Below are positions 28,263 through 41,436 of a stretch of 64,000 nucleotides of DNA, one piece after another. Every line of letters begins with the position of its first letter. Position 1 is the stretch's first letter. Location of the stretch: contig CP068257.2 in assembly GCA_009914755.4 (NCBI GenBank), positions 19,456,001 to 19,520,000 of the forward strand, read 5' to 3'. Source of the stretch: the human T2T-CHM13v2.0 reference genome, Homo sapiens. Both the position numbers and the translations under genes were made by a program. The notes under the pieces are model-generated. The model had not been told where the DNA came from. It did no database searches and worked only from the letters and a program-made list of their open reading frames with translations.

Positions 28263-30194
28263 ATCCTCAACACACATATTATTTTACATTATCGGAGTTA
28301 GGATGTTTGACAGCTCCCTTACTTGGCCCCAACACACACTTCTTAGTTTCTAATATAAGAAGATAAACCTCCCTCTCCCCAGTGTTTTCAGGTGACTGTG
28401 TTGGCAAGAACAAAAGTACAAAATTATGTTTAATGTTAAGGTTCTTAATTTTATGTTCATTTCTAGCTTTTTAGACTAGTGAGCACGAATGTAAATATAT
28501 CTATAGTTATTCTTGTCACCTCCTCTTTTTGTTTTATGGTTTCTTTGTTGTTTGTCTGTTTTACGTTTTATTTTGTTTTGATCATACTGTGCATTACTTT
28601 TCAGAAGTTCAACTGTCATTTTTCATTTGGGAGATCATGATAATGCATTTGAAATTCATTCAGAGTCTAGATAATTAGGCATTTTCTTTTAGTTCTAATT
28701 CTCTTTTACATGTTCTCCTTAGCATAATGATTACTTCACAGTAATATTATAGTCCTTTCGTTACTTTAATTAATGTCACATCTCAATTCTAAGTGCTTGT
28801 TTTCAGCCCAAGGGTACTAATTTCATATCTTGTTTCTTAAATTAGCCGACTATGAGCTCAGATTTCTGGTGGTTATGGTAGTCATACAGCTATTCCATTT
28901 CCCCATCAATAAGAATAAATTAGTGTTTTAATGAAGGATTTTTTGCTATTCTCTAAGGTATTTGATTTTAAAAGAATTGTAGTATTGTTTCTTGGCCTTA
29001 AGTTTATGGGAAGCAGTAATTGCTCTGCAGCTAATATATTTTTGTTATTGCTAGAATCACTCATAGTTTATAAAATGGCAGAAAATGTATACAAACTAAT
29101 TATATGTGTCTTAAAATAACTTTTACTTGATTATTATTCTGTTTAATAAGCCAATTTAGGAAATAATGCAGATTTCTTAAGGAGCTTTAAGAAGATTTGT
29201 TTATGAAGTCTTTTTTTCCTTTGATAATATTATCTAGGAACAAAAGAAAAACAAATTATCTGGAGATATCTTATTAATAGTACTTCTAAACTTTTAGGAA
29301 AAATAAGTAATTCTAAATGAAGCTTATGAAAACAGAAATTATTATTTTTATGTTTATTGCACTGAAAATTTTGAATCTTGAAACATTAATAGATAAGTGT
29401 GAATGTTTAAATAAACTCTATTGTTTGTGTTCAAGCATAACCTTTCTACTTTGTTTTCAGTTTTTGTAAAATCCCATTGTGACCTGAACCCACATTGGTC
29501 CCTAAGCACTGATACTTCTCCATTACCTCAGTGCTTGACTTCTTGTGCAGTTAGTCATGTTCATAGTAAAGCTCCACCATTGTTTGATAATTGCTTTAAT
29601 CTGCTGCTTATTTCGTTGGAAAGGTTTCCCAGTTACGTTTGTTCCTTGTATGCTGTAGAGAATGAAAGACTTTGCAAGTTTTATTAGTTTGTTAGGTAGA
29701 AGGATAATGCATTTTCTAAGTATATGGGTATTCGTTGGAATTAACAGCTTTATTAATGATTTGCAAGGATAATGACACAGATAAATTCGGAGTCCCAACA
29801 TTTTCTTTAAAATAAGAAGTTGAAAAACAAGATGATTCCACTTAACTGTTGGCAGTTGTTATATCATGACTTAAAAAAAAAATCAAGTGATTTTCAATGA
29901 AGAAGGAAATAATGTTAATTTTGGGATAGGAAACTGATTCCTTTAGTGGCACTGTAGGTGAGTTAGTGTATGTATGTGTCTATCTTTGTGTTTCTTCCTG
30001 AGGACGATTTTAAACTGATACTGGCAGCATGGGGTAGATTCGAATAGGTGACTGATTAAGCCTGCGTGTTCACAGGCGGGGGACGCTGCTTCGGCAGAGC
30101 CCCTGAAATGAAAAAGGAGCCTGTTTGTTTTCAAGAATGAGGATGAGTCCAGCTTGGTTCAACACAGAGAGGAAGATTACTGTGGTATTTTTAA

Positions 30195-30538
<344 letters not shown>

Positions 30539-32638
30539 ATGGATGTTTATTTGTACACTGCAAATGTCTTTACTGAGTTTATATTGTTCTTTATATCTCT
30601 GTTGGATTTCTCAGTAGTGTACTACTTCACATGATCATTATTTATAGTATATTTTTAGTGTTGCAGATTTTCATATAAAATATCTCAGAAGATTATCTTT
30701 ATGAAAGTATGAGTGATTGCATTCTGACATGTTAATTTCAATAGCTTCTTATTAGTATAGTGAATAACACAGATCATTCCTTCTTTTCTTTGTCCTTCAC
30801 TTCTTTTTGTCTTTAAACTCTTCCTTAAGAATTGCTCTTCAAAATGTATTTAATAAGACAGTACCATAATCTCTGAGTACATTAACTGATGTCAAGGAGG
30901 GACAGGATGAAATCAGTGGTCTTACTTGATATTTACTATTTGATATAAACTCCAAATAATTGAAGAAATTTTGCACCGTAATTTTAGATTCAGATGCCTA
31001 TCATAGCTGAATGTATGAATGACTTTGAATTGGGCTCTAATTATGAAGGTAAAGCTATAAGGGTTTATTCTTCCTTCTGTGTCTGTTAATCAACTAATAT
31101 GTGGCTAGACATGATCAAGGATACAAAATATTCATGATCCTTCTTTGAGGTTCAGAATCCTTATTTAAAGATAGAAGGATTCACTCTAGCCAGTTGAAGC
31201 AAAAAAGGATATATCATGAATTATAGCTTGCTCACTAAAACGTTTGGAAGTCTGATGGAAAAGGCTATATATAGGCTGAGCCTTCAGGAATTCCTGCCAG
31301 AATCATGCCGTTGAAGTGGCCCATGGATCGATCTGCTGCCTGTGTTACGATTGGGTATATGATAAATCAGGAAGCCGATACCACAGCCGAAGGCTCTAGA
31401 TCTACATTTCTTCAAAAGTGATGAGACAGGGTAAAGTGAAAAGGACAATTCATTGAGCTGAATCCAAAAGAGTTATTCTACCTGTTTCCAAGAACAACTG
31501 TTAAATGTGACAGTATGAGCTTCCGAATGAGCAGTGCATTCTGATGAGGATTTGGACTGCTGGTTTTAGAGAGAACAAAAATCGATTAATGTTATTACTA
31601 GAGGTTTGGAAATGCCTAAAAACTATGAAGTTAGATATCAAAGGCAGCAAATACTGTTAGATTAGGAAAAGAAACTAAAGTCAACCTTTTAACCAGAGGA
31701 ATTTTGTTCTTGATTGTCCATGCATAATTTGATAACTTAATATTTTAATATATGATGCCATATTTCATTATTAATTTAACCTCTTAATATAATCTGGTAA
31801 GGTGATTACTTAGAATGGCACATGGTTAAATATGGAAAAAGTGTTCCAGGCACTCCATATACTGTATAAAGCCTGAGTTTTATGAAACAATCTAGAGCCC
31901 TAATTTAGTAACAGGAAGAAGATAGTTTTGAATACTTTTTCCCATGATGCATTGTCTCATTATATTCATTGTGAATTTCCACAATAATGCTGTACAAAAG
32001 CTGTCTTAATAATTACTGCCATAAAACAACAACTATTTATTATTTCTCACAATTCTTTGGGTTGGCGGGGTGATTTCTTTTCATCTGAGCCCGTATTGTC
32101 TAATGTGGGCTGGGTTTGCTCAGCCATCTCCAGTTAGTTGGTGGGTTGACTGGAAGCTGGCTGGGCCATGGATGGACCTATTCAGTTCTGTTTCCTATGG
32201 CTTACGTCTTTCACCAAGGTAGCCCTGTGTTTTTATATCCAAGGCAGGGGTCAAAGAGTTTTTGGAAGCATGCAAAACCTGCTGTGTCCATCAGAACTGA
32301 GCCATTGTGACTTTGGCTGCATTCTACTAGCCTAGGCAAGTTAACAGTCATCCAGAGTTCAGAGAGAAATAAGCTACAACTCTTGACAGGAGGTTGGCAG
32401 AGCTGTGGTGCAAACTATCTATTGCAGTCTCGTGTACACTTGTGAGAAACAAATCCAGCAAGGTGATTGTCCCGAATGAACCTTCCTCAGCTGACTTCTT
32501 CCTTATTGAAACAGCAACTCAATTTCAAGTAAACACATCTCATTGCAGTCTGTGTATTTTCCTTGGTAATATAATTAAACAAATATAATTAAATTTCAAA
32601 ATATTTAGTGAGAACATATGATTTGAAAATTTTGTGTC

Positions 32639-32960
<322 letters not shown>

Positions 32961-33289
32961 TTAAAAACACAGTAAATTATGTCTACAATTGTCGTCTGTT
33001 AATACCCATTCGATATTATCTACCTTTCCTCAGTCTAATCCCACCCCCGTGGTGAGGAATTGTAACACACTGGTTCCCGAGATCAACCTGCAATGTTGTA
33101 AGATGCTACAAATGTCTTGAAATACGTTCCTCTTCTGCCTTATTTCTTTAACAAATATGTCTGATGCGCATTGCAATTAATATATTTTGCTTTAGGAATT
33201 TGATGAGCTAGTAAATTAGAGGAGGTAATATAAATTAGGTATTTATATTAATAACCCAAACTTTTCTTTATAACAACCTTATGATTTAG

Positions 33290-33345
33290 GTGTTACTGTT
33301 ATCCTCATTTTACAGATGATGAAGTGGAGGTACAGAAAAATAGTG
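33290..33345 (-). mobile_element. MIR core fragment
   Basis: tgttatcctcattttacagatgatgaagtggaggtacagaaa matches the MIR core in reverse orientation. Confidence 0.4.
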
Positions 33346-33370
33346 CACATTTGAATTCATTCTTGATTGC

Positions 33371-33678
33371 TTTTTTTTTTTTTTTTTTTTTTTTTTTTTG
33401 AGACGGAGTCTCACTCTGTCGCCAGGCTACAGTGCAGTGGCATGATCTTGGCTCACTGCAAGCTCCACCTTCCGGATTCAAGACCATTCTCCTGCCTCAG
33501 CCTCCCGAGTAGCTGGGACTGTAGGCGCCCGCCAGCACGCCCAGCTAATTTTTGTATTTTTAGTAGAGACGGGGTTTCACCATGTTGGCCAGGATGGTAT
33601 CGATCTCTTGACCTCATGATCCGCCCACCTCGGCGTCCCATAATGCTGAGATTACAGGCGTGAGCCACCGCGCCCGTC
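33371..33678 (-). mobile_element. Alu SINE, full length, with long T30 tail and target-site duplication ttgattgct
   Basis: t(30)gagacggagtctcactctgtcgccaggctacagtgcagtggcatgatcttggctcactgcaagc...gtgagccaccgcgcccgtcc; ttgattgct at both flanks. Confidence 0.95.
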
Positions 33679-34879
33679 CTGATTGCTTTCTAATAACATT
33701 CAAGTAGATTATCTTTGACAAATGTAAGGGCCATTTCAAAAATTAATCAACATGGTGGCAGACAAGGTAATGCTGACCAAACTCTTGCTGTTTTCCATAA
33801 TATTTTTAAATTATTTACAATAAAATTATAATTCATTCTTATATTTAGAATGTAACATTATGTGCAAGTGCCTGTGTGTATTGCAATGATCACACAACTT
33901 GAGTTTTGCCTGTTTAACATAACAAAGAAATATCAAGAGCATTTTTTCATCACCTGAAACAGTTTAGGATTTTCAGAAGCTGGAGTAGGCCTCTAAAATA
34001 GTAAACTTAGGTCAGCTTTCGAGGGCTACATTTGCTAATTGAAATAGTAACAATGGAAAGCAGGAACTATTGTGGAGACATGGAATCAGGGTAAAAACTT
34101 ATGCTCAGGAAAACTTTGAAACTTGAGCAAAACTCATTGTGTTCAGTTTCTGAATCATGAACCAAACCTAAGAAGTCGTTTAAAACTGAGTCATGCCATA
34201 GAAAGTTTAAGTACCTTTTTTTCTTCTCCTAGGCTCCTTTTCTTTAGTCTGTGATAGCACACCTCCAATTCTCACCCTAGTGCTATCACCATCCTAAAAC
34301 AACTAAGAATAAAACTTGCTTCTGCTTCTCTTATGAAGAGTCTCAATGAGACATGTATGTTACCATTTTTACAAATGGCAGGATATGTAAAACTAGAAGG
34401 CAGGGCTATGCTGGAGCCTGATTGTATCATTTTAGAAAAACTCATTGTTACATTTTCTGAAATTGTGTAAGCTGATTGTTAAACACAGCCATTACTAAAA
34501 ATTAAATTATATAAGCCAGAAATATAAGCTAAATTAAAAGCAAAGGTAATAAATGCTCAAAACTCACCAGTTTCTAAGTGTTTTATTACATATACTATTA
34601 CCTATATTCTGTAGTTGTCTTATGTCTATTGTACATGTCTGCATATGATAGAAATACTATGTAACTCCGTATTACTGTGCATTTTTTGAATACCACATTC
34701 AGTAATGTCACATTAGTGGCTGGTGTGCCATTTTTGTGTGAGAACTATCATGAAATTTTTTCCAAATGAATACTCATCATTTCTTCGTAAAGAATATTTA
34801 TTCAACTGTATCATACCCCTGATGTGAGATCTAGTTCATCTAACTGCTTCTTGGAAACAGTTTTGAAATTTCAGGGTGG

Positions 34880-35400
34880 GGAGATAATATTTTACATATA
34901 TATGTAATATATAATATTTTACATATATATGTAATATATAATATTTTACATATATATGTAATATATAATATTTTACATATATATGTAATATATAATATTT
35001 TACATATATATGTAATATATAATATATTACATATATTCATACATATGTAATATATAATGTATTACATATATAGAGACAGATATATATATCTATATATAGA
35101 TATATATGTAATATATAATATTTTACATATATAATATGTAATATATAATATATTACATATAATATGTAATATATAATATATTACATATAATATGTAATAT
35201 ATAATATATTACATATATAATATGTAATATATAAAATATATATTACATATATACATATATAATATGCATATAAAACATAATATACATATTTATTAAATAT
35301 ATAAATATATAATATGTTATATATAATATATAATATTTTACGTGTATATATAGAGATATATATATCTATATATAGAGATATATATGTAATAATATTTTAC

Positions 35401-35435
<35 letters not shown>

Positions 35436-35440
35436 TTGAG
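34880..35440. repeat. AT-rich minisatellite/VNTR: ~5 perfect copies of a 27-bp unit (ttttacatatatatgtaatatataata), then degenerate copies, ending in (GA)n
   Basis: Period-27 repeats of ttttaca starting at 34890, 34917, 34944, 34971 and 34998; unit contains the 14-bp palindrome tacatatatatgta; agagagagagagagagaga at 35409-35437. Confidence 0.9.
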
Positions 35441-35939
35441 GTTTTCCAGGAAAAGTAGAAACCACATATTCTTTTTTTTCAAACAAACCTACTTTTCAAA
35501 ATTGTTAAAATTGAATGGATTTAATGCAGCGCAATAGTCTCTGAATTGAAACTGAATGAACTTCATTTTCCATTCATTTTCAGATTTCATGGGAAGAAAT
35601 GATGGAAAGTTAAGCAAATAACTCATTCCTTTCTTCACTAGTGTATGTAATTTAACCAACCAAAATTATCTGCAAAACTGTTGCTTTAGTATTTATTCCA
35701 TTTAAGCCAGAGAATTACTAAGCCTGTTCAAATTTTGTAATGTTTGTCTAACACGCGCATGAAAACTGGCTACATCCAGTAATGTTTCCTAGTAAAGATG
35801 CTCTATTAGTCTTATTTCTCAAGTTGTTCTTCTTAGAAACATAAAGAAATACTTGCTTTTGACAGAGTTTAGTGAGGGATCATTTCCGGGGTAGGAGCCA
35901 TGAGACCAGATCTGACTTCCATTTCCGATACTATCATGG

Positions 35940-35940
<1 letters not shown>

Positions 35941-35973
<33 letters not shown>
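35941..35973 (+). repeat. Pure poly(A) tract of ~33 nt
   Basis: catggaacat followed by A33 then tcgcag; no recognisable Alu/L1 body immediately upstream. Confidence 0.95.
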
Positions 35974-35975
<2 letters not shown>

Positions 35976-37029
35976 GCAGAAAAAGTGTATTTGAATTAGC
36001 GTAACCTAGTGAAAACATTTTTTAAATTAGTATGGTCCACTTCTCAGATTTTGTAACATGGTGAAATACATCCAAACAAATTTTTTTTTGGTAAAGCTAA
36101 ACATACACATCCATACATATGCACAGGTATGTACATTCAGTTTAGATAGAGAAAATGTCTTCTAACTTTCGATGTATTTGTTTATATTCCTGTCACTGTA
36201 ACATAATAACCATAGTATCAACATATTATTAATTATTTTGAATACCAACCCCATTTCTCTACCTATTTGTGTTTGTGTGTATTCTAATTGTATGTGTGTG
36301 CAGATTGTGAAATATCATATATTTGATATATTTGTTGAAGCACACTTAATAAAATCTAATAATGCAAGTGAAATTTCAACAGAAGCTTCTGTGAAAAGAG
36401 GAGCTAATCTTATGTTTTGTGAAAAGTAATGACCTCAAACACAGAAACTGATAATCAAATAAAATATCAGTGTGTTTGATTAGCTGTAATGTTGAAAAAA
36501 TCCAAGATAATTTCTCATACACAGTTATACTTCTGAAACTGTCATACGTGTGTATTATGAAAGGTCATTGTCATTTTTTTGTAAGTTAAAAAACGTTGAT
36601 GCTAAGTAGATAAACTACACAGCAAAGTGACGCTTTTACCTTCTAGGAGAAAAAGGTAGAAGTTAAAAAAACTGCATCTAAATTTTACTCTCTCATCTAC
36701 TTCCCTCATAAGAACTTTCAGAAATAACTGATGCATATACATTTTACCATGTTATTTCATTATATTTTTCATTATTAAAAAAGAATAAGAATCTGTCATA
36801 ATGTAACTATATTAAATTTATTCTATTTACATGACGGTTTTATTTGTAAGTAGTTTTTTAGATAATCCTTAAATACATTATTTAAGCATAAAATGAACAC
36901 TGTAATATATATTTAGAAACTAAATATCAAGAAATACATTTCCAAATGTATTTCTTGATACATTACATTTCAGTTTTTCTCTGAAACGAAAAACTGAAAT
37001 GGAACATTTGCAAGTATAGTCAATAAATT

Positions 37030-37585
37030 TATTTATTTTATTTTTTGATACGAAATAATTGTACGTACTTATGCAGTACATTGATATTTTGATACATGCA
37101 TAAAATGTGTAACGATCAAACCAGAGTAACTGGTTATCTATCATCTCAAACATTATTTATTTATTTGTTTTGGGAATATTCCAGATCTTCTCTTCTAGCT
37201 GTTTTGAAATCTACTATAATTTCTCTGTAACTATAGTAGCCTTATTGTGCTATCGAACACTAGAACTTGTTTTATGTAAATATATTAATATTTTTATACT
37301 CATTAACCAACCTCTCTTCATTCTGCCTCCCTCACCTTCTCAGCCTCTGATAATCACTATTCTACTCTCTACCTTTATGAAATCAACATTTTTTAGATTC
37401 TACATATGAGTAAGATGATGTGATATTTGTGTTGCTGTGCTTGGCATATTTCATTGAACACAACGTCTTCTAGTTCCATCTATGTTGCTGCAAATGACAG
37501 GTTTTATTTTTATGACGAATATTTCATTGTGTATATATACGTATATACACAAACTATTTTTTCTATATTTATGTCTCTAAATATA
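37030..37585 (+). mobile_element. L1 LINE fragment (3' part of ORF2, L1PA/L1PB-like), sense orientation
   Basis: ttttgatacatgcataaaatgtgtaacgatcaaaccagagtaactggttatctatcatctcaaacatt...ctgtaactatagtagccttattgtgctatcgaacactagaacttg...cagcctctgataatcactattctactctctacctttatgaaatcaacattttttagattctacatatgagtaagatgatgtgatatttgt...ctatgttgctgcaaatgacagg matches L1 ORF2 3' consensus. Confidence 0.75.
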
Positions 37586-39169
37586 TACATTTAAATTTAA
37601 ATATACGTTTAGCTTCCTTAAATAACACACAATTATATTAACTAGAAACCTGGCTGACGCCCAGCTCATTGATGAGACCTGCAGTTTGTGATGGCCAGCA
37701 TGTCACACTTGCCACCCATTGTTACTACCTACCATTTTCCCTTTGTATTTTTTTTTAAAGAATAAATCAATAAAAAGCAAGAACTGTATGTAGGAAAGGA
37801 AATATTACATATTACATCTGGGTGTGAATTTTAAGGAAGGTGCAATCCAACAGAAAATATACTCTAGGTAGGGGACTGTAGTTCATATTGTGTTAGCTTG
37901 TTTGTGGTGGTTGTTAGTTGGTCAAAGAACAAATATAGAGTGAATGAGATTTGTGAGGGGTTTTTTTTTTCTTTTAAGCAAAGCATCACTGGAATAAGAT
38001 AAAGTCTCTCTTTACTTTGGTATTAAAATGGATGCATGCCTGGTATTCACAGGAAATTTGTCTAAGGGTTGTACATGTCACCTTGACTTTCAACTTAGCA
38101 TCTGATAGGAGAACTTTATTGGCATACAAATGAGCAGAGAGGGTGACTGATGTAGTGAACTCTGCATTTTGCTTGTACTGAAAAGATTAAGATCTTTCCT
38201 TAATTGAGAATTAAGACAACTAATGAAAAAGAGCAAAAATCATAATTGAGCATTTTATATTACTGTGCCCAAAAGTTGGAATTTATAGATCCTGTAGAAA
38301 CAAAGTAAAAGTAGTGTCGAATAATGATTTATTGATCTTCTGTGTAAGTCATTTAATTTGATTCTGAGTGAAATATAAAGTAAAATCTACAAATAAAATA
38401 TAAAATAATTGGGCTTTGTAAGGCAAGAAAAGAAAAATGAGTTGAAAAGCATATGTGAAGAGTTAAGAAATTATTTGACGTCAGATAATAAAACAAAAGA
38501 TCAATGCTTAAATTAAATCTACCTTGGAAATGGCAAAAATATAATTATTACTATACAAAATCAAATCAGAATTGTAGCAGAAACATTAGAAGACATCAGA
38601 AAATAATCTTAGAGGGATTAAAGCCAATTTATTAGAAGATATTGTGGGGACCAATGTAAAAACATCCAAAGAATGAATGAGCAGAAATGAGTTAAAACGA
38701 CAGCAAACAAATTTGACAGCCAAGAACAACAAATATTATCAAATTTTAAATTATTTTATGAACTGCTTATTAAGAGCTATCATTAAGTTTTCAGGTAAAC
38801 AAATTTTAAAACGTATAAATTTGCATGTAGATACTGTGGCAAGTTTATTGATCATATTAGTCTTTATAATGTGAAAACTTTTAAGTCTTTAAAAATAGAC
38901 TGAAAATTTATATCAGATACTGTACAGACTTACCTTTATCAAACACTTCTTTTACTTTTAAAAATGTATTTAATTCACAAATGAAGATTGACTATATTTG
39001 AAGTGTTAGAACTTAATGATTTAATCATTGTATTATGATTACCACAGTCAACACATCCAAATGTCTTATTAATTTAATTATAGCAAATAAAAGAAGGTTA
39101 AAGTAATGACTCAACTAGTCTTACTAGATTTTTAAGTTGCTTGCAAATTCTGTTGTAGAATATTGTCTA

Positions 39170-39490
39170 TTTTCTACTGCCAGCTGCTATATCACGTGGG
39201 CTTCTATATCAAAAATGCTGCAAACTGGATGGGTTATATACAACAGAAATTTATCTCCAGTCTCCTGGAGACTGGAAAATTCATCATCAAGGCACCAGTA
39301 GATTCAGCGTCTGGTGAGGGCTGGCGATTTGGTTTTTAGATGGCATTCTCACTTTTTCTTCACGTAGTTGGTGCTAGCTAGCTCACTGTCGCCTCTTTTG
39401 TCGCTGTTGCCACCTTTTAATACTATCATGTGGGGGATTAGGTTTCAATATATGAATTTTAGAGGAGCGCAAGCATTCAGTCCATAGCAA
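39170..39490 (-). mobile_element. MLT1-type MaLR LTR
   Basis: Reverse complement of the MLT1 consensus: ...acaacagaaatttatctccagtctcctggagactggaaaattcatcatcaaggcaccag...tgggggattaggtttcaatatatgaattttagaggagcgcaagcattcagtccatagca (consensus ...ttctcacagttctggaggctggaagtccaagatcaaggtg...tactgggggttaggacttcaacatatgaattttggggg...caacccataaca). Confidence 0.7.
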
Positions 39491-40978
39491 TAGTTCAGTG
39501 TAAGTAATGATCTTAAGTATGGTAAATTCATTGTATGATGAATCTGTATATTTTCACGAGGATCTGCTTATGCAGCTTCTGGTGATATGTAATGTTAGAA
39601 AATGCAAGGTGAATTTTGGACTTAGAAAATGCACCTATTGAATAAGAATACATTATTTTTTGCCTGGGATATTACTTAAAGTAGCATCATTTTATTTAAA
39701 TAAGAATACAGAACTCATGTTCTGGGAAGAACTAATATATTGTGCTAGATATGGACCTCTCTTCTTACTCTAAATAGTGTTGTCAGTTAAATTTTAAATA
39801 AGGAACAATGAGAAAAAAATAAATGTATAAAACAAAGGCTAACTAGGAATATTATCTAAATATATTTTAAATAAAATTTTGTGTGAAATGTCTTTTGAAT
39901 AGTTTGTTACAATTTTATGCACTGTGGAATAGTGTTAACATTATAATTTGACATCATCTAGCAGTTGGTAATACAAGGCTTTGTACAACTGGAAATCATG
40001 CAAAGGTTATCTTGTTCATCTGGGGAAATTAATATTGTCAATAGGATTTTATTAAATGTAGTTAATAAAATATTTAGTGGAACATTTCTTTTTTAAGGAA
40101 TTTTTAGTCAATACTGGCAGTCCTCAAAGATGTTGAATAATATATAATGGTACGTGCATCAATCTCCCAAACTTTTATTTGACTGTGTAACTGTGCTTCC
40201 AATAACATTTTCACGAATGTAAAAGCCTAAATATATTGTATAACAAAGAAATATATATAATTACACTAATTCCGATAGATTATTGGTAATCTGTTGGGGA
40301 TAGTCAGTAGGGATGAATTACTATGTTTATATTAACTTAATTTGACATTTTAAAACATCATTGCCAAATGTCAACATTCATATCTGAGGAAATGCTTTAA
40401 TTTTTGCTTACTCTGTGCCATAACTTTTGCCTCTATGTAAATTACCAATTTTTTTTGGTATTTTTAACAGTGGTATTAACTTATTAAATAAAAACCAGTT
40501 GAAAATATGTTTCTGGGTGAATATTTAAAATGGCAAAACGTATGTCCAAAAATATAAGCTGGTAATTTATTACCATTTTAGTTCACATTTTTCTAAATTG
40601 GCCAAGCAAAAACAATGATATTTAGTTTAACTGAATGTTTCAGGTATAACGTGATCAACGTTATTGATACTAAACTAAAAAACAGAGTGATATGTTTTAA
40701 ATTCTTTTGTGGAATTCATTAGATTTTTTTTGTTTCCTCTGTGATCCATATGTGCAAAAACGTAATCATGTGAGAATGAAAAGGAATAGACCATTTAAAT
40801 AAGTTTGAAATCCTCATCTAAATATGTCAAGGTGTGTTAACACTTATGAAAATCACAGCTAATATAGACATTTCTAACTGATCATTGGATAAATGGTGGG
40901 GTTTGTGATAGAGGCAGAGTTATCACCATTCAATAACCATATCTACAACCAATATCAGATAAGTTACTTTATTTCTAG

Positions 40979-41436
<458 letters not shown>

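Noticed and set aside
30084-30096. U6 snRNA-like motif gctgcttcggcag within a small CpG cluster at 30040-30110
   Set aside because: Only about 10 nt resemble the U6 5' stem (gtgctcgcttcggcagcacatatac). There is no downstream U6 body, no upstream TATA/PSE spacing and no terminator T-run. The match is coincidental.
31250-31600. NUMT (nuclear mitochondrial insertion) as the explanation for local CpG retention
   Set aside because: There is no recognisable similarity to human mtDNA sequence that I can recall, and the base composition is unlike mtDNA.
34840-35040. ORF encoding the repeating peptide ICKILYITY
   Set aside because: It is a direct by-product of translating the 27-bp AT-rich tandem repeat, whose period is a multiple of three.
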